Under the pieces are notes generated by a model. That model was not told the DNA's origin, did not search any database, and worked only from the letters and a program-made list of their open reading frames with translations. From positions 31,064,001-31,128,000 of the forward strand of contig OZ076409.1 in the NCBI GenBank assembly GCA_964187785.1: a stretch of 64,000 bases of DNA. The letters run 5' to 3'. Positions within the stretch are counted from its first letter, which is position 1. Each line of letters opens with the position of its first letter. This DNA comes from Amphiscolops sp. MND2022. Lineage: Eukaryota. This document shows positions 37,247 to 51,078 of this stretch, in pieces. The translations under genes were made by a program, and so were the position numbers.

Positions 37247-38479
37247 TTATATTGAATCAAAAATCCTTTGTCCATCACTACTGGTACTTATCAGCTTGTG
37301 TGTTAGGACTAGGGCATAAGTTGTATAATCTGCAACATTAATGGCAGCACTAAAGGTAATTTCTAATATAATAGGTGACTCGCAGTATTATCATTTTGTT
37401 TGGATAAGTCAAATACATAGAAATTATAATTTGTCCTGAATTTATGCAAATCAATAAATGGCCTAAATAGGTTGGTTTTTGTATGCAATCGATAGAAGTT
37501 TTCTGTTTCTTGATATGCTTCACGGTAGTTGTCTCTATCGTAATCACATCCAATTCCGTCAACAGGATATTTTTCTGATCCTATTTTACAAACAGCATTT
37601 GAAATAGGTAAACGATCAAATATTGCATTATCATGTGTTTGCGAATCAATTTTATTTCTAGTTTGAAATTCAACTTTTACGAAAGTTGGTGTTGATTCTC
37701 CACTATTTCCCAAGTCAAAGGTCCAATTTTTATTACTGTTTACATCTTTTCTAAAAACAATCCGTTCCATATAATACAATTCAGTTGGATCTTTATTCAG
37801 TAATTGATCCATCATAATTAGTTGATTTTCTAAGCTAAGTGTACAATGTGGAATATACCAACCAATATCTTCTATAACAATTTTTGCAGCATCTACCCCA
37901 ATATCCCTTATAATAGGATCGTTATTATTTTTTCGTTTTAAAGTAAGAGAGAGTATAACCCAAACCATATGTTACCTTTTCTTGATCAGCAAACCCAAAT
38001 AAATCAATTAGCTTGATGTTCACAAAGAATGTTCCTTTCTCTGTCTTATTGGTAGTTAGTTCTAATCTTCTGGTTGCTTGTGATTCTTCAAAACCATACA
38101 TCAATTCGCTGGTTTGTTGTTGGGAAGTTAAAAGTTTATTCATTAAACTTACCGTGTGTAAATTATCAACTTTTTCCAAATGTTTCCCCGAACTGGTTGT
38201 CAGCTCAGCTTCACTAAATAAAGCAACAGGTCCAAAGTTGACCAAGTTTATTTTATCACCGTCGGCATATCTTGTATCATTGTTTTTAAGACCTTCAAAA
38301 TCTAATGATTTGTATGAATTTTGTAAACAAATAATTGCGTCTTCTCTTGGTAAACTGATTGAAATATTTGAGTTATTATTATTGATTGTCGCCAAACTAT
38401 TAGGCGAATACTTAATTAAATCAATTTTATGAATAGGTTTATTGCGAGCATATTTATTTTTCAATGAAAATAATTCCAT
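37247..38479 (-). pseudogene. Major capsid protein, copy 2
   Basis: Frames 37925..38479 and 37363..37968; near-identical to copy 1 with the same frameshift. Confidence 0.7.
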
Positions 38480-39973
38480 TTATATAAAAAAAATCATTTT
38501 TTCTACAACCCTTTGTTTGTAATATTAAAAAATCATGATTTAAAATGTATACTCATTTTATTTTTACTAAATACCGAAGGCGCGAAGCGTAAGGTTAGCC
38601 TAAAAAGTAAACTCAGAATTCAGTTAAGTTTTATTGTTTTTTTACACATCGTATGTTTGTTTTAGTTTGTTGTATTCATTCAGATCTATTTTATTATCTT
38701 CTAGACTTTTTGTGTGTAGCTTTTGAAAGTTGTTTGAAGTTCCACCAGCAAGAGTATATTTCTCAAGATTGTGTTGTTCTTTTTCTTTTCAGATACTCAC
38801 CAATAAATTTACTGAAAATGGATACTCCTGCACCTATACCACTCGCGATTGGTACCACAATAAATCCAACTCCGGTAACACTTAACGTGATAGCAGTTGA
38901 AGAAACACCCAATAATAAAACTCCATGAATAGATTGAATTGAAACGTTTATATTTTTATTTGTTTTAGATTTCTTTTTTATTTGATTTTTTAGCTTCATG
39001 ATTATAAAAATTTTGAATATCTTTCATATTTTGAAATGAATTAATAAAACTATTTATTTCTTTCAATCGCATACGAGACTATGTGATTCGCGTAAACTAG
39101 GCTACAATTTTTCACTCATTTATTCAGTTTAAAATTTACAAAATAGTTTTCAAAAAGAATGAAATTGAGCTCAGTATTGGTTAGTTTCATTCTATTTTTA
39201 AGGTCAACAATAACTTTGTCCTGGTCTTTCTTCAAACTATTTAACACTGTTTGTCTTGTTGAATAGTCTAGGTCTGATAAATAATACACACCATCTGATT
39301 TTTGTATTTCTTTTCCGTATTTTTCCAATAAGTATTCATTAATAAAATTTAGAAAAGATTCAAAGGATTGGTTTTATTTTCAAATGAGTCAAACAATTCT
39401 TTATTATATTGTAATTGAATAGTATCTTTGACTGCTTCACTTTTACGTTTTTCTAATTCCAGAATAAGGTTCCGTTCGGATTGAATACGGAAAATGGTTT
39501 GTTGTTCTTCTCCTAACTTGGCAGCATCCAAAATACTTTCTTTCTTCCTTTCGAATAATTTATTTTTAATATCTTGTTCTAAATATTTTTTAAATATATT
39601 TTTATATCTTCTATACTTTTATTTATATCTAAGAATAACTTTGCATTAATTATTATATTTGTTTCACCGTTGTTAAATTGAATTTCTTCTAGACGCAAAG
39701 CGCCTTCGGTACGCATTTCGGTACGTAATTCGGTATTTTGTTCTTTAAATTCATTAATATATGCTCCTACTTTATCAGATACATCGTTAAGTTTTATGTT
39801 AATTAATTTGGTTTGTGATTCAAATTCTTTCTCAAGATTCCCACTTTTATCTTTTTGCAAGCTATCGACACTATAACCAAATTTATGAATTGATGAATTG
39901 ACATTATTTATTTAAATATAATTACTCAAATTGATTGAAAATATTCATACTTTTTAACGTTTTGTTGTTAACT

Positions 39974-40783
39974 TTAAAGTTGAATACACTTCCTAAAAGT
40001 TCTTGTTCATAATACTTTCCTTCTATTTGTTCGTTGATTTCTTCTTTTAGAGTATAAGTAACGGGATTCGTTTTGTTAACTTTATGTATTTTAAAAAGTT
40101 CTCAATTCCAATTTGTTGTATAACTGTATAGTGTACGTTTATCAGGAACTCTTACAAAATCTCCCACTTGGACTTTGGGCAATTTATGCGAAGCCAGCTT
40201 CGCTGTATTATTATTATTGTTAGGTATTAGTTTATTATTAGTTGACATTTCAAATGGTGTCATTTTTGTTGTACCGTGGACACGAATAATATTTTTTTCC
40301 AGAGCAGTATTAAGATGATTCAGCCAACAACCCTCAATATACATTGGTTCTTTGATTAAGTCCAAAAGTGTTCTATTGAAACGTTCAACAAAAACAGCTG
40401 TTAAATCTGAATTGGTTGAATGAATTTGAATGTTTTGCTCTTTTAGGAAATTTAAAAATATTTTATTATAAAACTCTTCACCTCTATCAGACCAAATTTT
40501 ATCAGGTTTTCTTTTTGCTTTTTCAATAAGATTTTTTAATGCAGTTGTTGTACTTTTTCCGGACATATCTTTAAGGGGAATCGCCCATGCATATTTAGTA
40601 TGGTTTTCAATTATCGTGAAAATAAACTTGTAGTTTGTGTTGCATTTGCATAAACTTGAGCGATCAATTATATCGATACTACAACACTCATCTTTATAGT
40701 GAGTTTGTATTTGAATTCTTTGAAACCTTCTTAGTTACAGGAGAGAATATTTCTTTAGCAATTTCTTTCTTCTTTTCATTCAT
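39974..40783 (-). pseudogene. rve integrase, copy 2
   Basis: ORF 40102..40566 has IWSDRGEEF...VERFNRTL. Confidence 0.88.
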
Positions 40784-41009
40784 TGAATGAAATAAATGAA
40801 ATAAATAAATGAATATACAAAGCACCTTCGGTAAAGGAATCTTTGATAATGATTATTTTAATTGTTTAACTTCAAAGCAAAACTCTAAATGGTATTTGTA
40901 TAATTATAATAGTAATTATATTTTTAATATATTGGTGTTATATTCGCCCTAAATGGTATGAAGAAATTTATAAAAAACTGAAACAGTTTAAAGGGTTTAA
41001 GTATTCTCA

Positions 41010-41861
41010 TTTGACAAACCAAGAAGACGACCAAGAACTTACTCCAACAGTTACAAATACAAACTTTCACTTTTTAATATTTGGAAGTAGGGGTCGGGGA
41101 AGACTAGTTTCTTGAAACACTACCTAGATCAAACGAAATCTGATTCTTTAGTATTTGGACGAGACGAAAATGAGTTTCCTGATAATTATATACCTTTGTT
41201 GCAGTTAGAAAAAATAGAAATTGAAAAAAACGGTAATACTGGATGATGCAGGTGCATATAAAAACCTTAAAACAAAAGTAGGAGACTTTTTCCGGTTTGG
41301 TAGACATTATTACATCCAGGTGATATATTTAGCTCACTATGCAGAGAATGTTCTCCCAATAGTGAGAGAGAATTGTTTTAAGATCCTAATAACAATTATA
41401 AACGCAGATAACTTTTTGGAAACCATAATTAATGCATATGCAATCAAAGAACTCAAGTGGAAACAATACCGTGATCAGTTAGAATTTGGTATAATTGAAT
41501 TTGATACCCGCTCACAGAAGTACAAAATACTGAACCACAAGTACAATTTAATTTCCTATTCTAGTAAGCGCAACAAGTGGAGTCCGGAGGTTTTTTGTAC
41601 ACAGGTGAGGAATACAACAAAATGAAACTCTTTTTAGAGGAGATGTCTGACCAGACAATTGGAATAACACCTTATAATGTAGCTTATCATTTTGTAGCTT
41701 ATTGCAAACAAAATAAAGTAAAAGTGAATGAATGTAAAATAGACAATTATATCCGAAGGATGAAACAACCTCTGATTTCAGACAAAATGAAAGCTGAATT
41801 TAAAAATTTAATTTTGATCCAGGCGGTTAGGTATGGTAAATATTACCAAAATAACTCTTAG
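41010..41861 (+). pseudogene. Packaging ATPase 1, copy 2
   Basis: Same VILDD / GRHYY motifs as copy 1. Confidence 0.8.
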
Positions 41862-43311
41862 TGTTTTAGTGTTTTTAGTCACCAAGCAATTCACTAAACC
41901 TCTTTTATTTAAGCACTAAGAGCAAACCCACACTTGGACTAAAGTTAACTTAGTGAAAATGTTTAGTGATCTTAGTGATTTTTTACTAAATAAATGAAGT
42001 GTTTACTTTGTGATGAAAATAGTGAAACTTCGCTGTGCAATGATTGTCGTAATAAAAAGATGTAAGGACTGTAATATATTGACAACAGATTTATATAAAT
42101 ATAAAAATGGTAAAATGTATAGTACATGTATAGAATGTTTCAATAAAAAAGTAAAATGTGAATTTTGTAATGAGGAATTCAATAGAACATTTTTATCAAA
42201 ACATATCAAAAGATGCTTTATTGAGATGCTGCATTTAAATGATAATAAAATTATAAATAGTAATGATGAAAATATATCATGAATAGATTGAATTGAACCG
42301 TTTATATTTTTATTTGTTTTAGATTTCTTTTTTATTTGATTTTTTAGCTTCATGATTATAAAAATTTTGAATATCTTTCATATTTTGAATTGAATTATTA
42401 AAACTATTCATTTCTTTCAATCGCATACGAGACTATCTGATTCGCGTAAACTAGGCTACAATTTTTCACTCATTTATTCAGTTTAAACTTTACAAAATAG
42501 TTTTCAAAAAGAATGAAATTGAGCTCAGTATTGGTTAGTTTCATTCTATTTTTAAGGTGAACAATAACTTTGTACTGGTCTTTCTTCAAACTATTTAACA
42601 CGGTTTGTCTTGTTGAATAGTCTAAGTCTGATAAATAATACACACCATCTGATTTTTGTATTTCTTTTCCGTATTTTTCCAATAAGTATTCATTACTAAA
42701 ATTTAGATATGATTCAAAGGATTGGTTTTATTTTCAAATGAGTCCAACAATCCTTTATTATATTGTAATTGAATAGTATCTTTGACTGCTTCACTTTTAC
42801 GTTTTTCTAATTCCAGAATAAGGTTCCTTCGGATTGAATACGGAAAATGGTTTGTTGTTCTTCTATTAACTTGGCAGCATCCAAAATACTTTCTTTCTTC
42901 CTTTCGAATACTTTATTTTTAATATCTTGTTCTAAATATTTTAAATTTATTTTATATCTTCTATACTTTTATTTATATATGAATATCTTTGCATTAATTA
43001 TTATATTTGTTTCACCGTTGTTAAATTGAATTTCTTCTACACGCAAAGCGCCTTCGGTACGCACTTCGGTACGTAATTCGGTATTTTGTTCTTTAAATTC
43101 ATTAATATATGTTTCTACTATCAGATACATCGTTAAGTTTTATGTTAATTAATTTGGTTTGTGATTCAAATTCTTTTTGAAGATTCCCACTTTTATCTTT
43201 TTGCAAGCTATCGACACTATAACCAAATTTATGAAATGACATTATTTATTTAAATATAATTACTCAAATTGATTGAAAATATTCATACTTTTTAACGTTT
43301 TGTTGTTAAAT

Positions 43312-44128
43312 TTAAAGTTGAATACACTTGTTAAAAGTTCTTGTTCATAATACTTTCCTTCTATTTGTTCGTTGATTTCATCTTTTAGAGTATAAAGTAA
43401 CGGGATTCGTTTTGTTAACTTTATGCATTTTAAAAAGTTCTCAATTCCAATTTGTTGTATAACCTTTACTGTATAGTGTACGTTTATCAGGAACTCTTAC
43501 AAAATCTCCCACTTGGAATTTGGGCAATTTATGCGAAGCCAGCTTCGCTGTATTATTATTATTGTTAGGTATTAGTTTATTATTAGTTGACATTTCAAAT
43601 GGTGTCATTTTTGTTGTACCGTGGACACGAATATTATTTTTTTCCAGAGCAGTATTAAGATGATTCAGCCAACAACCCTCAATATACATTGGTTCTTTGA
43701 TTAAGTCCAAAAGTGTTCTATTGAAACGTTCAACGAAAATAGCTGTTAAATCTGAATTGGTTGAATGAATTCGAATGTTTTGCTCTCTTAGGAAATTTAA
43801 AAATATTTTATTATAAAACTCTTCACCTCTATCAGACCAAATTTTATCAGGATTTCTTTTTTGCTTTTTCAATAAGATTTTTTAATGCAGTTGTTGTACT
43901 TTTTCCGGACTTATTTTTAAGGGGAATCGCCCATGCATATTTAGTATGGTTTTCAATTATCGTGAAAATAAACTTGTAGTTTGTGTTGTATTTGCATAAA
44001 CTTGAGCGATCAATTATATCGATACTACACACTCATCTTTATTGTGAGTTTGTATTTGAATTCTTTGAAACCTTCTTAGTTACAGGAGAGAATATTTCTT
44101 TAGCAATTTCTTTCTTCTTTTCATTCAT
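43312..44128 (-). pseudogene. rve integrase, copy 3
   Basis: ORFs 43847..44032 and 43441..43872. Confidence 0.88.
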
Positions 44129-44355
44129 TGAATGAAATAAATGAAATAAATAAATGAATATGCAAAGCACCTCCGGTAAAGGAATCTTTGATAATGATTA
44201 TTTTAATTGTTTAACTTCAAAGCAAAACTCTAAATGGTATTTGTATAATTATAATAGTAATTATATTTATAATATATTGGTGTTATATTCGCCCTAAATG
44301 GTATGAAGAAATTTATAAAAAACTGAAACAGTTTAAAGGGTTTAAGTATTCTCAT

Positions 44356-45207
44356 TTGACAAACCAAGAAGACGACCAAGAACTTACTCCAACAGTTACA
44401 AATACAAACTTTCACTTTTTAATATTTGGAAGTAGTGGGTCGGGGAAGACTAGTTTCTTGAAACACTACCTAGATCAAACTAAATCTGATTCGTTAGTAT
44501 TTGGACGAGACGAAAATGATTTTCCTGATAATTATAAACCTTTGTTGCAGTTAGAAAAAATAGAAATTGAAAAAAACGGTAATACTGGATGATGCAGGTG
44601 CATATAAAAACCTTAAAACAAAAGTAGAAGACTTTTTCCGGTTTGGTAGACATTATTACATCCAGGTGATATATTTAGCTCACTATGCAGAGAATGTTCT
44701 CCCAATAGTGAGAGAGAATTGTTTTAAGATCCTTATAACAATTTTAAACGCAGATAACTTTTTGGAAACCATAATTAGTGCATATGCAATCAAAGAACTC
44801 AAGTGGAAACAATACCGTGATCAGTTAGAATTTGGTATAATTGAATTTGATACCCGCTCACAGAAGTACAAAATACTGAACCACAAGTACAATTTAATTT
44901 CCTATTCTAGTAAGCGCAACAAGTGGAGTCCGGAGGTTTTTTTTACACAGGTGAGGAATACAACAAAATGAAACTCTTTTGAGAGGAGATGTCTGACCAG
45001 ACAATTGAAATAACACCTTATAATGTAGCTTATCATTATGTAGCTTATTGCAAACAAAATAAGGTGAAAGTGAATGAATGTAAAATAGACAATTATATCC
45101 GAAGGATGAAACAACCTCTGATTTCAGACAAAATGAAAGCTGAATTTAAAAATTTAATTTTGATCCAGGCGGTTAGGTATGGTAAATATTACCAAAATAA
45201 CTTTTAG
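44356..45207 (+). pseudogene. Packaging ATPase 1, copy 3
   Basis: FGSSGSGKTS in 44356..44592; VILDD / GRH in 44567..44971. Confidence 0.8.
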
Positions 45208-45385
45208 TAATTTAGTGTTTTTAGTCACTAAGCAATTCACTAAACCTCTTTTATTTAAGCACTTAGAGCAAACCCACACTTGGACTAAAGTTAACTTAGT
45301 GAAAATGTTTAGTGAGCTTCGTGATTTTTTACTAAATAAATGAAGTGTTTAATTTGTGATGAAAATAGTGAAACTTCGCTGTGCA

Positions 45386-46357
45386 ATGATTGTATTAATA
45401 AAAAAAGATGTAAGGACTGTAATACATTGACAACAGATTTATATAAATATAAAAATGGTAAAATATATAGTACATGTATAGAATGTTTCAAAAAAAAGTA
45501 AAATGTGAATTTTGTAATGAGGAATTCAATAGAACATTTTTATCAAAACATATCAAAAGATGCCTTATTGAGATGCTGCATTTAAATGATAATAAAATTA
45601 TAAGTATTAATGATGAAAATATTATTAATAATAATAATGAAAATAATACCGCAGGCACCGAAGGCGTTTTGCCTGCTTCGAGTATTATGAATAATAATGA
45701 TGAAAATAATAATGATGAAATGAAAATACCGGAGGCCAGCAAAGCTGTAATAGAACGTTAATAGTTGGTCCATCATTTTGTGGGAAGACCCATTCGTTAT
45801 TAAACAAATTACAATTAACTCGATTGTGTGATAGTGAAAAGTAAATACGTATCTTTACGAGAAGTTCTGAACAATACAGCAAAGCTGGCTTCGCATATAC
45901 AAATACAAATACCGAATTATGTATTTCAGTGGAAGAAGATCTAGAAGATAGAACAATACAAGATTTTCAAAATTGTTGTGTTGTATTTGATGATATGTTG
46001 GATAGTAATCAAAAACTAATAGATCCATTTTTTACTAGAGGAAGACATAATGATTTGTATGTTTATTCTTTATCACAATCATATTTTGATTTACCTAGAA
46101 GAACAATTACAAACAATTCGAATTTTATTATTTTATTCCAACAAACCTTGAAAGATGTAGAGCATATTTATAGAGACAAAACTGGTTTTGATATGTCTTA
46201 TGATGAATTCCAAAGTTTATGCAGAGAAGCATGGAAAGAAAAATATAATTACTTAATAATAAATAGATTAGAAGATAAAAATGGCAAAAAATATATGATT
46301 TGTAATGAATCTAATCCGGAGTATAAAATCTATAATCCACAAACGGAAACTTTTTAA
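45386..46357 (+). pseudogene. Packaging ATPase 2, last copy
   Basis: RTLIVGPSFCGKTH; VVFDD; FTRGRH; LSQSYF. Confidence 0.85.
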
Positions 46358-47299
46358 ACATTACCGAAGGTGCTTTGCATATTTTGGTGTTGATTTGTTG
46401 TAATACATTCATATTCCAGGAGCTTATCTGTAATTGCTATGATTTGTTCACTAAGGAAAGAATTATCCTTACCTCTTACTTTTTCTAACACGATTAGTTT
46501 AAGTTGAACTACAAGCTCATCTGGATCAGATGGGAGGAAGACATACTGAATAAATCCACTTCCCAATTGGGATTGAAGTAAACGTTTAATGAAAATATAT
46601 CTGTTTGATTTTTTATCTCCATAATTTAAATCGTAATTCATAGCACGTGAAAAATTATTATTCATACCTATGTTTTTAATGTTATCGTGTTGTGTAATAG
46701 TAACGAAATTTGAAAGATCCGGATCATTCAAATTATACATGTTGTTATTGCTTAAGAAGGTTAGTATTGAACCTTTAATTAGTACTTAATGGGGATTATG
46801 GGGGTATATTGTGAATAAATTTGGATTACCTTCACCGAATTATGTAACAGGTTCTAAACTAAATTGACTTTTGTTTTTATCATTAAGTAAATTAGAAACT
46901 GTCTTGGTTATACTAGAATCAACTTGGTTGAAATTAACAAGACTCGTAAGAAGCTGATTAGTACGATTCATAATTTCATCATGATCTTGTATTCCCTATT
47001 TGATTGACTTTTGTAAATTTTTATTTAAATTATCGCTGGATTGTTGTATTGCTCTTGTTTGATTTTCAATAGTTTGGGTTTGTTGGCCAATGGCCTGTAA
47101 TTGTTTTTCAGATAATTGTTTCTGGTTTTAAGTAGCTTCAGCCTGTTTTACAGTAACAGGTTCGAAAACTTCTTCCATATCGTAATGAAAGTCTTGCTTC
47201 CCAAGCTTCTTTTTCAATCTTTCAGCTTTTAATAAAGATTTTGATTCTTGCAGTTTTTTCAATTTTTCTAAATCATCTCGACTATGAATTGAATACATA
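46354..47299 (-). pseudogene. LPSDPDEL-motif Polinton ORF, last copy
   Basis: ORF 46354..46740 plus upstream disrupted frames. Confidence 0.6.
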
Positions 47300-47719
47300 A
47301 TTTATTTTATAATTATAATAATTTTGAATTTAAATTTAATCAATGAATTAGTTAATGAATTTTACCCAAATACAGGCCCTTCCCTTGATAAACAAATTTT
47401 ATAATATCAGGAGCAGTTGCAGCAATAAGTTTTGGATATTTTTTGCTGCTGCAGTTCCAATATTTGCTGCAAGCTCTAACGCTCTTCCAGGATTATTTAA
47501 AATTTTCTTTCCGACACTCTTTGCGGCTTTTCCTACACCTCGGAAGAAGTCACCCAATCCTTCTGCTTGTATTGTTTGATCCGATACTAATAGTGACTTA
47601 ATTCTTTTACAAGTTGAACAAGTACCTCTTAATAGTTAAACAGCTGCTCCAGTGGTAGCGGAATAATGTTTTCCACCAACACAATATGAATTATGTTTGA
47701 ATTTATTAAAGCTCCTTAT

Positions 47720-48586
47720 TTAGATTAAATCTTGATAATGTGAATTGTAAATGTTAGTGTTTCGGAGTTGAAATCTACTGGGTTATGATTGTTATGCTCA
47801 CGCAAAAACTGGATCTTGTCTAACCTTGCTTTTAAATCTTTTTATACAAATTAGTATTAGGTTCTTTAATAATTTTATATCCTGGAGGTGCACTAAGATT
47901 GAAAGAAAATAAAATTTGTTCTCGTATACCAATAACAATTGAACCATCTACACAATCACATTTAAGATGAACTTTGTCTGTGGTTGTTATCATAACTGGT
48001 TTCTCTGACTTATGAGTTCCTTCTATATAGTATTCATTTGTGAATCCTAGAAGTTTATTTAATTCTGAATTAAAATGTATGTCATGAGAAGTTGTTAAAA
48101 CTGATTTCATTGATATTGTATCTGCTTCTATATTGAATTCAAATTCATACTCACTATATAATCACTAGAAAGTTTTTGTTTTATAATTTTGTTTATATCA
48201 ACTAATTCATATACACCAGGTAGTAGTTCTATTCTAATGTGATCGTGTACAAATTCAAATTCAGGAATATTTATGGAATTTAATTGATCTTTACGCGAAG
48301 CGCCTTTGATATCGAGATTAAGGAATTTTGTATCTTGTTGAACATCTTCAATTTCACTTGTTATACAGTTAAGATCATATCTGGTAAGTGACGTTCCAGA
48401 ATAACTATTGTTTATACTTTTATTAGTTTTTTCTATAAATTCATTATAGGAAGCCAGCGTTTTTGTCTGATTGAATTCAATTGAATAATCATAAACATTT
48501 TTCTGTAGTTCAGTGTCAACGTTTAATGATTTGAATTGTTGTCTTGTGAAATGGATTTCAAGTTTCGCTGGCTTCGCATAATTCAT
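47720..48586 (-). pseudogene. Minor capsid (penton-like single jelly-roll) protein
   Basis: LLPGVYELVDIN..LLGF..SEKPVMIT..VHLKCDCVDGS..ILFSF..PPGYKIIKEP..PVDFNSETLTF, a pattern typical of Polinton penton. Confidence 0.7.
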
Positions 48587-49869
48587 TTATTAGTTATTTT
48601 TTCATGAACTGTTTGTTCAAAAAGTATCATGAAATTAATATTTGTGTAATGAAAATTTATGCGCATCGACTTTTATGTTGTTATTTTTTGGTGGTGAAAA
48701 AGGCTAATTTTTGATGATTTGCCTTGAAAAAAATGCCTAATTTTAATGACTTGATTGATATTTTGTGAAAATGACTAATTTTATTGATTTCACGAACTTA
48801 ATTTTTTTGTTTCTGTTGTCTGTTAATTTTTAGTTGTGAAAAAATGGTACTTTTGATGATATATTTGGAAAAATATCTGTTTTAACTGTTTGTTTGAAAA
48901 AATATGCTTAATTTTGCTGATTTTTATATCAGGATTTGGAAAAATACCTGTTTGAACTGTTTGTTCGAAAAAATATGCTTAATTTTGATGATTTTTGTAT
49001 CAGGAACGGGAATTATCCTACTACTGCAGTCACACCTCTGGTGTGCTATTACGCGGAGTTTTCTGTACTTGGGGTATTTATTATAAGACTGGTGGCATAC
49101 ATAAAATATGATAAGGATTTTGGTCTCTGGCGTGCAGTACTGCGTCATGTGATGGTTTAACAGGTTTTAACATTCAATAGGTTCAAGGTTGATTTCGTCG
49201 AGAAAAAATTAAGTTATTCAAAGCGTCGAAAGAATTCCATATCAGCGAATATTTTCATATTGGTTGATTGACTCGCCCTATCTTCAAAACCATCCATTGG
49301 TAAAGAAATGGCACGTCGCTCCGCTTCGCTTCGCTCCTGCATTTAGGTCACTATGGGTATGTGAGCATAGTTGATTACTTTATCGTAATTAGTTCGCCGC
49401 TTGTGCTGTATTCATTTTACTGGAAATTAATTGGCTTACTGGAATTTAAATGAAATTTTAGTCACGTGCCCATGATACACAGTGGTTATAAATTTTTCTC
49501 CATTCTGAGTATTGATTATTTTGCAAGTTAGTCAAATGAAGTCAACTGTCATCACAAGGGTATATAAATTGAACATAAATTGACAGTTTCCGGGCATGGT
49601 GTTCTTACGCCTGTTTTGTTATTTCTTTTCAGTCGTGACATCAACAGATAATGTTTAACATAAGAGCCTTTTGTGATATGTCCCGAAAGGAACAAATCAT
49701 TTCACAGACTGTAAAATCGTACACTGGAAACCGTATACCTTCCTCTTGCGCATTTGAGAATGAAAGTTTCCCCAAATCACAGTTTTCAGTCACTTGAAAA
49801 ATTTCAAGTTGTAGTTCGGTTTGTCTATTGACAATTTGTTAATCACTGATCACATGAATTGATTGTTTA

Positions 49870-50238
49870 GTCAGCGCTTTTCGTAGAAAACGCAGACTAT
49901 AGCACTGGCTTTTTTCAAAGCGATGAAGTGACAGATTTTATAAGCTTCATAAGCTGAGCTGCTTGAAAAAGTTCGCAACCGAATGGATTTTGAAAAACCC
50001 CAAAGGGTCCCCTCCTCAGGGTTTTCGGCACTATGCGACTTACCGGATACCTTTTTTCTCATTTTTTCGTTTTTTTGAGAGGTTTTCGGTTGAGTAATTT
50101 AAAATTTTGCAACAGAATGGGTTTTTGAAAAATCCGAAAGGGCGCGCTAATCCAATTTTTGGGTTTTTCGGGTACTGTAGAAGAGAATACTTGACACTTT
50201 CAAGTCCTTTTGCTATTTTTTAGCCTTAGATATGGCGC
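49870..50238 (-). mobile_element. Non-autonomous HINE/DINE-like repeat, copy 2
   Basis: Reverse complement of both ends of the 8205-8765 element. Confidence 0.7.
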
Positions 50239-50529
50239 TTGTTAATTAGAGTTGTGGCTCTTCGGTCAATGTTTAGCATTTTGAAGCGTTGCTGCTGCTG
50301 ATTAGTTTCTTTTCGAGTCAAATAAAGCTGCTTTCTAGGTGTTATGAGTACAGTTCAAAACTGTTTCAACGTTTGCAAAGGTAGTTTAGGTCAATTTGGC
50401 TTCTCTTTTTTTGGCACTGCTAATTCCCGAAAACATTCCACAAAATGACCGTATCCCCTGAGTTTTTTGAGGATGTTTTTCCCTATTTTGTTTTTTAGCA
50501 CCCTGAGCATAGCTTCCTAAATATGCCTA

Positions 50530-51078
50530 CCCTGGTTGAAACTGCTTTAACTTTTTACAAGTTTTTGTAGGTTACCAAGCTAATTTTTCATGATTTTATA
50601 AAATTCTCAAGGGGACTTCCATGCATCAAAATTTCACTGATTCAATTTAATTTTATCAAGCTGCCTTAAAGATGCATCCTAAAATTGGCGGCAATTGCCA
50701 ACCGCGACGTTTTGCAGGTTTCATCAAGCAGCGGCTCTAATTTTAAAAGCAGCTAAGACCTTCATCAATTTTACCGCGCTTTCAATGCAAACAAACTTCA
50801 GTCACATTATAAGTTTCAAAGTAGCGTCATATTCAGCGTGTTATTTGAATAACGGTAATCACATAAGGTACTTACTTGAGAAACTTACGCGTGAAAACAA
50901 AATGATCGCGGTGGTGAAGAAGTGGAAATGTTTTCAGTTTTAATTCAAATAGTGCAAGCTGCATAGTAATCCTATAAAATTTCTCCATGCGTGCTCTGAG
51001 TATTTTCTATGTTAATCAAAAATTTAGAATGCTTGCATGGATGCAACATGGAAAACTTTCCGGAAGCTTCAACTAGGG
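50530..51078. mobile_element. MITE with 13-bp imperfect TIRs flanked by TA
   Basis: TA-CCCTGGTTGAAAC ... GCTTCAACTAGGG-TA. Confidence 0.55.

Larger units (their letters stand above)
23914..49025. mobile_element. Polinton/Maverick (adintovirus-like) endogenous element, pseudogenised, with internal tandem amplification
   Basis: Termini AGTAGTAGGA...TCCTACTACT; TIR homology between 23914-~24095 and ~48655-49025; perfect 6-bp TSD GCAGTC (23908-13, 49026-31); encodes pPolB, rve integrase, capsids and ATPases. Confidence 0.95.
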
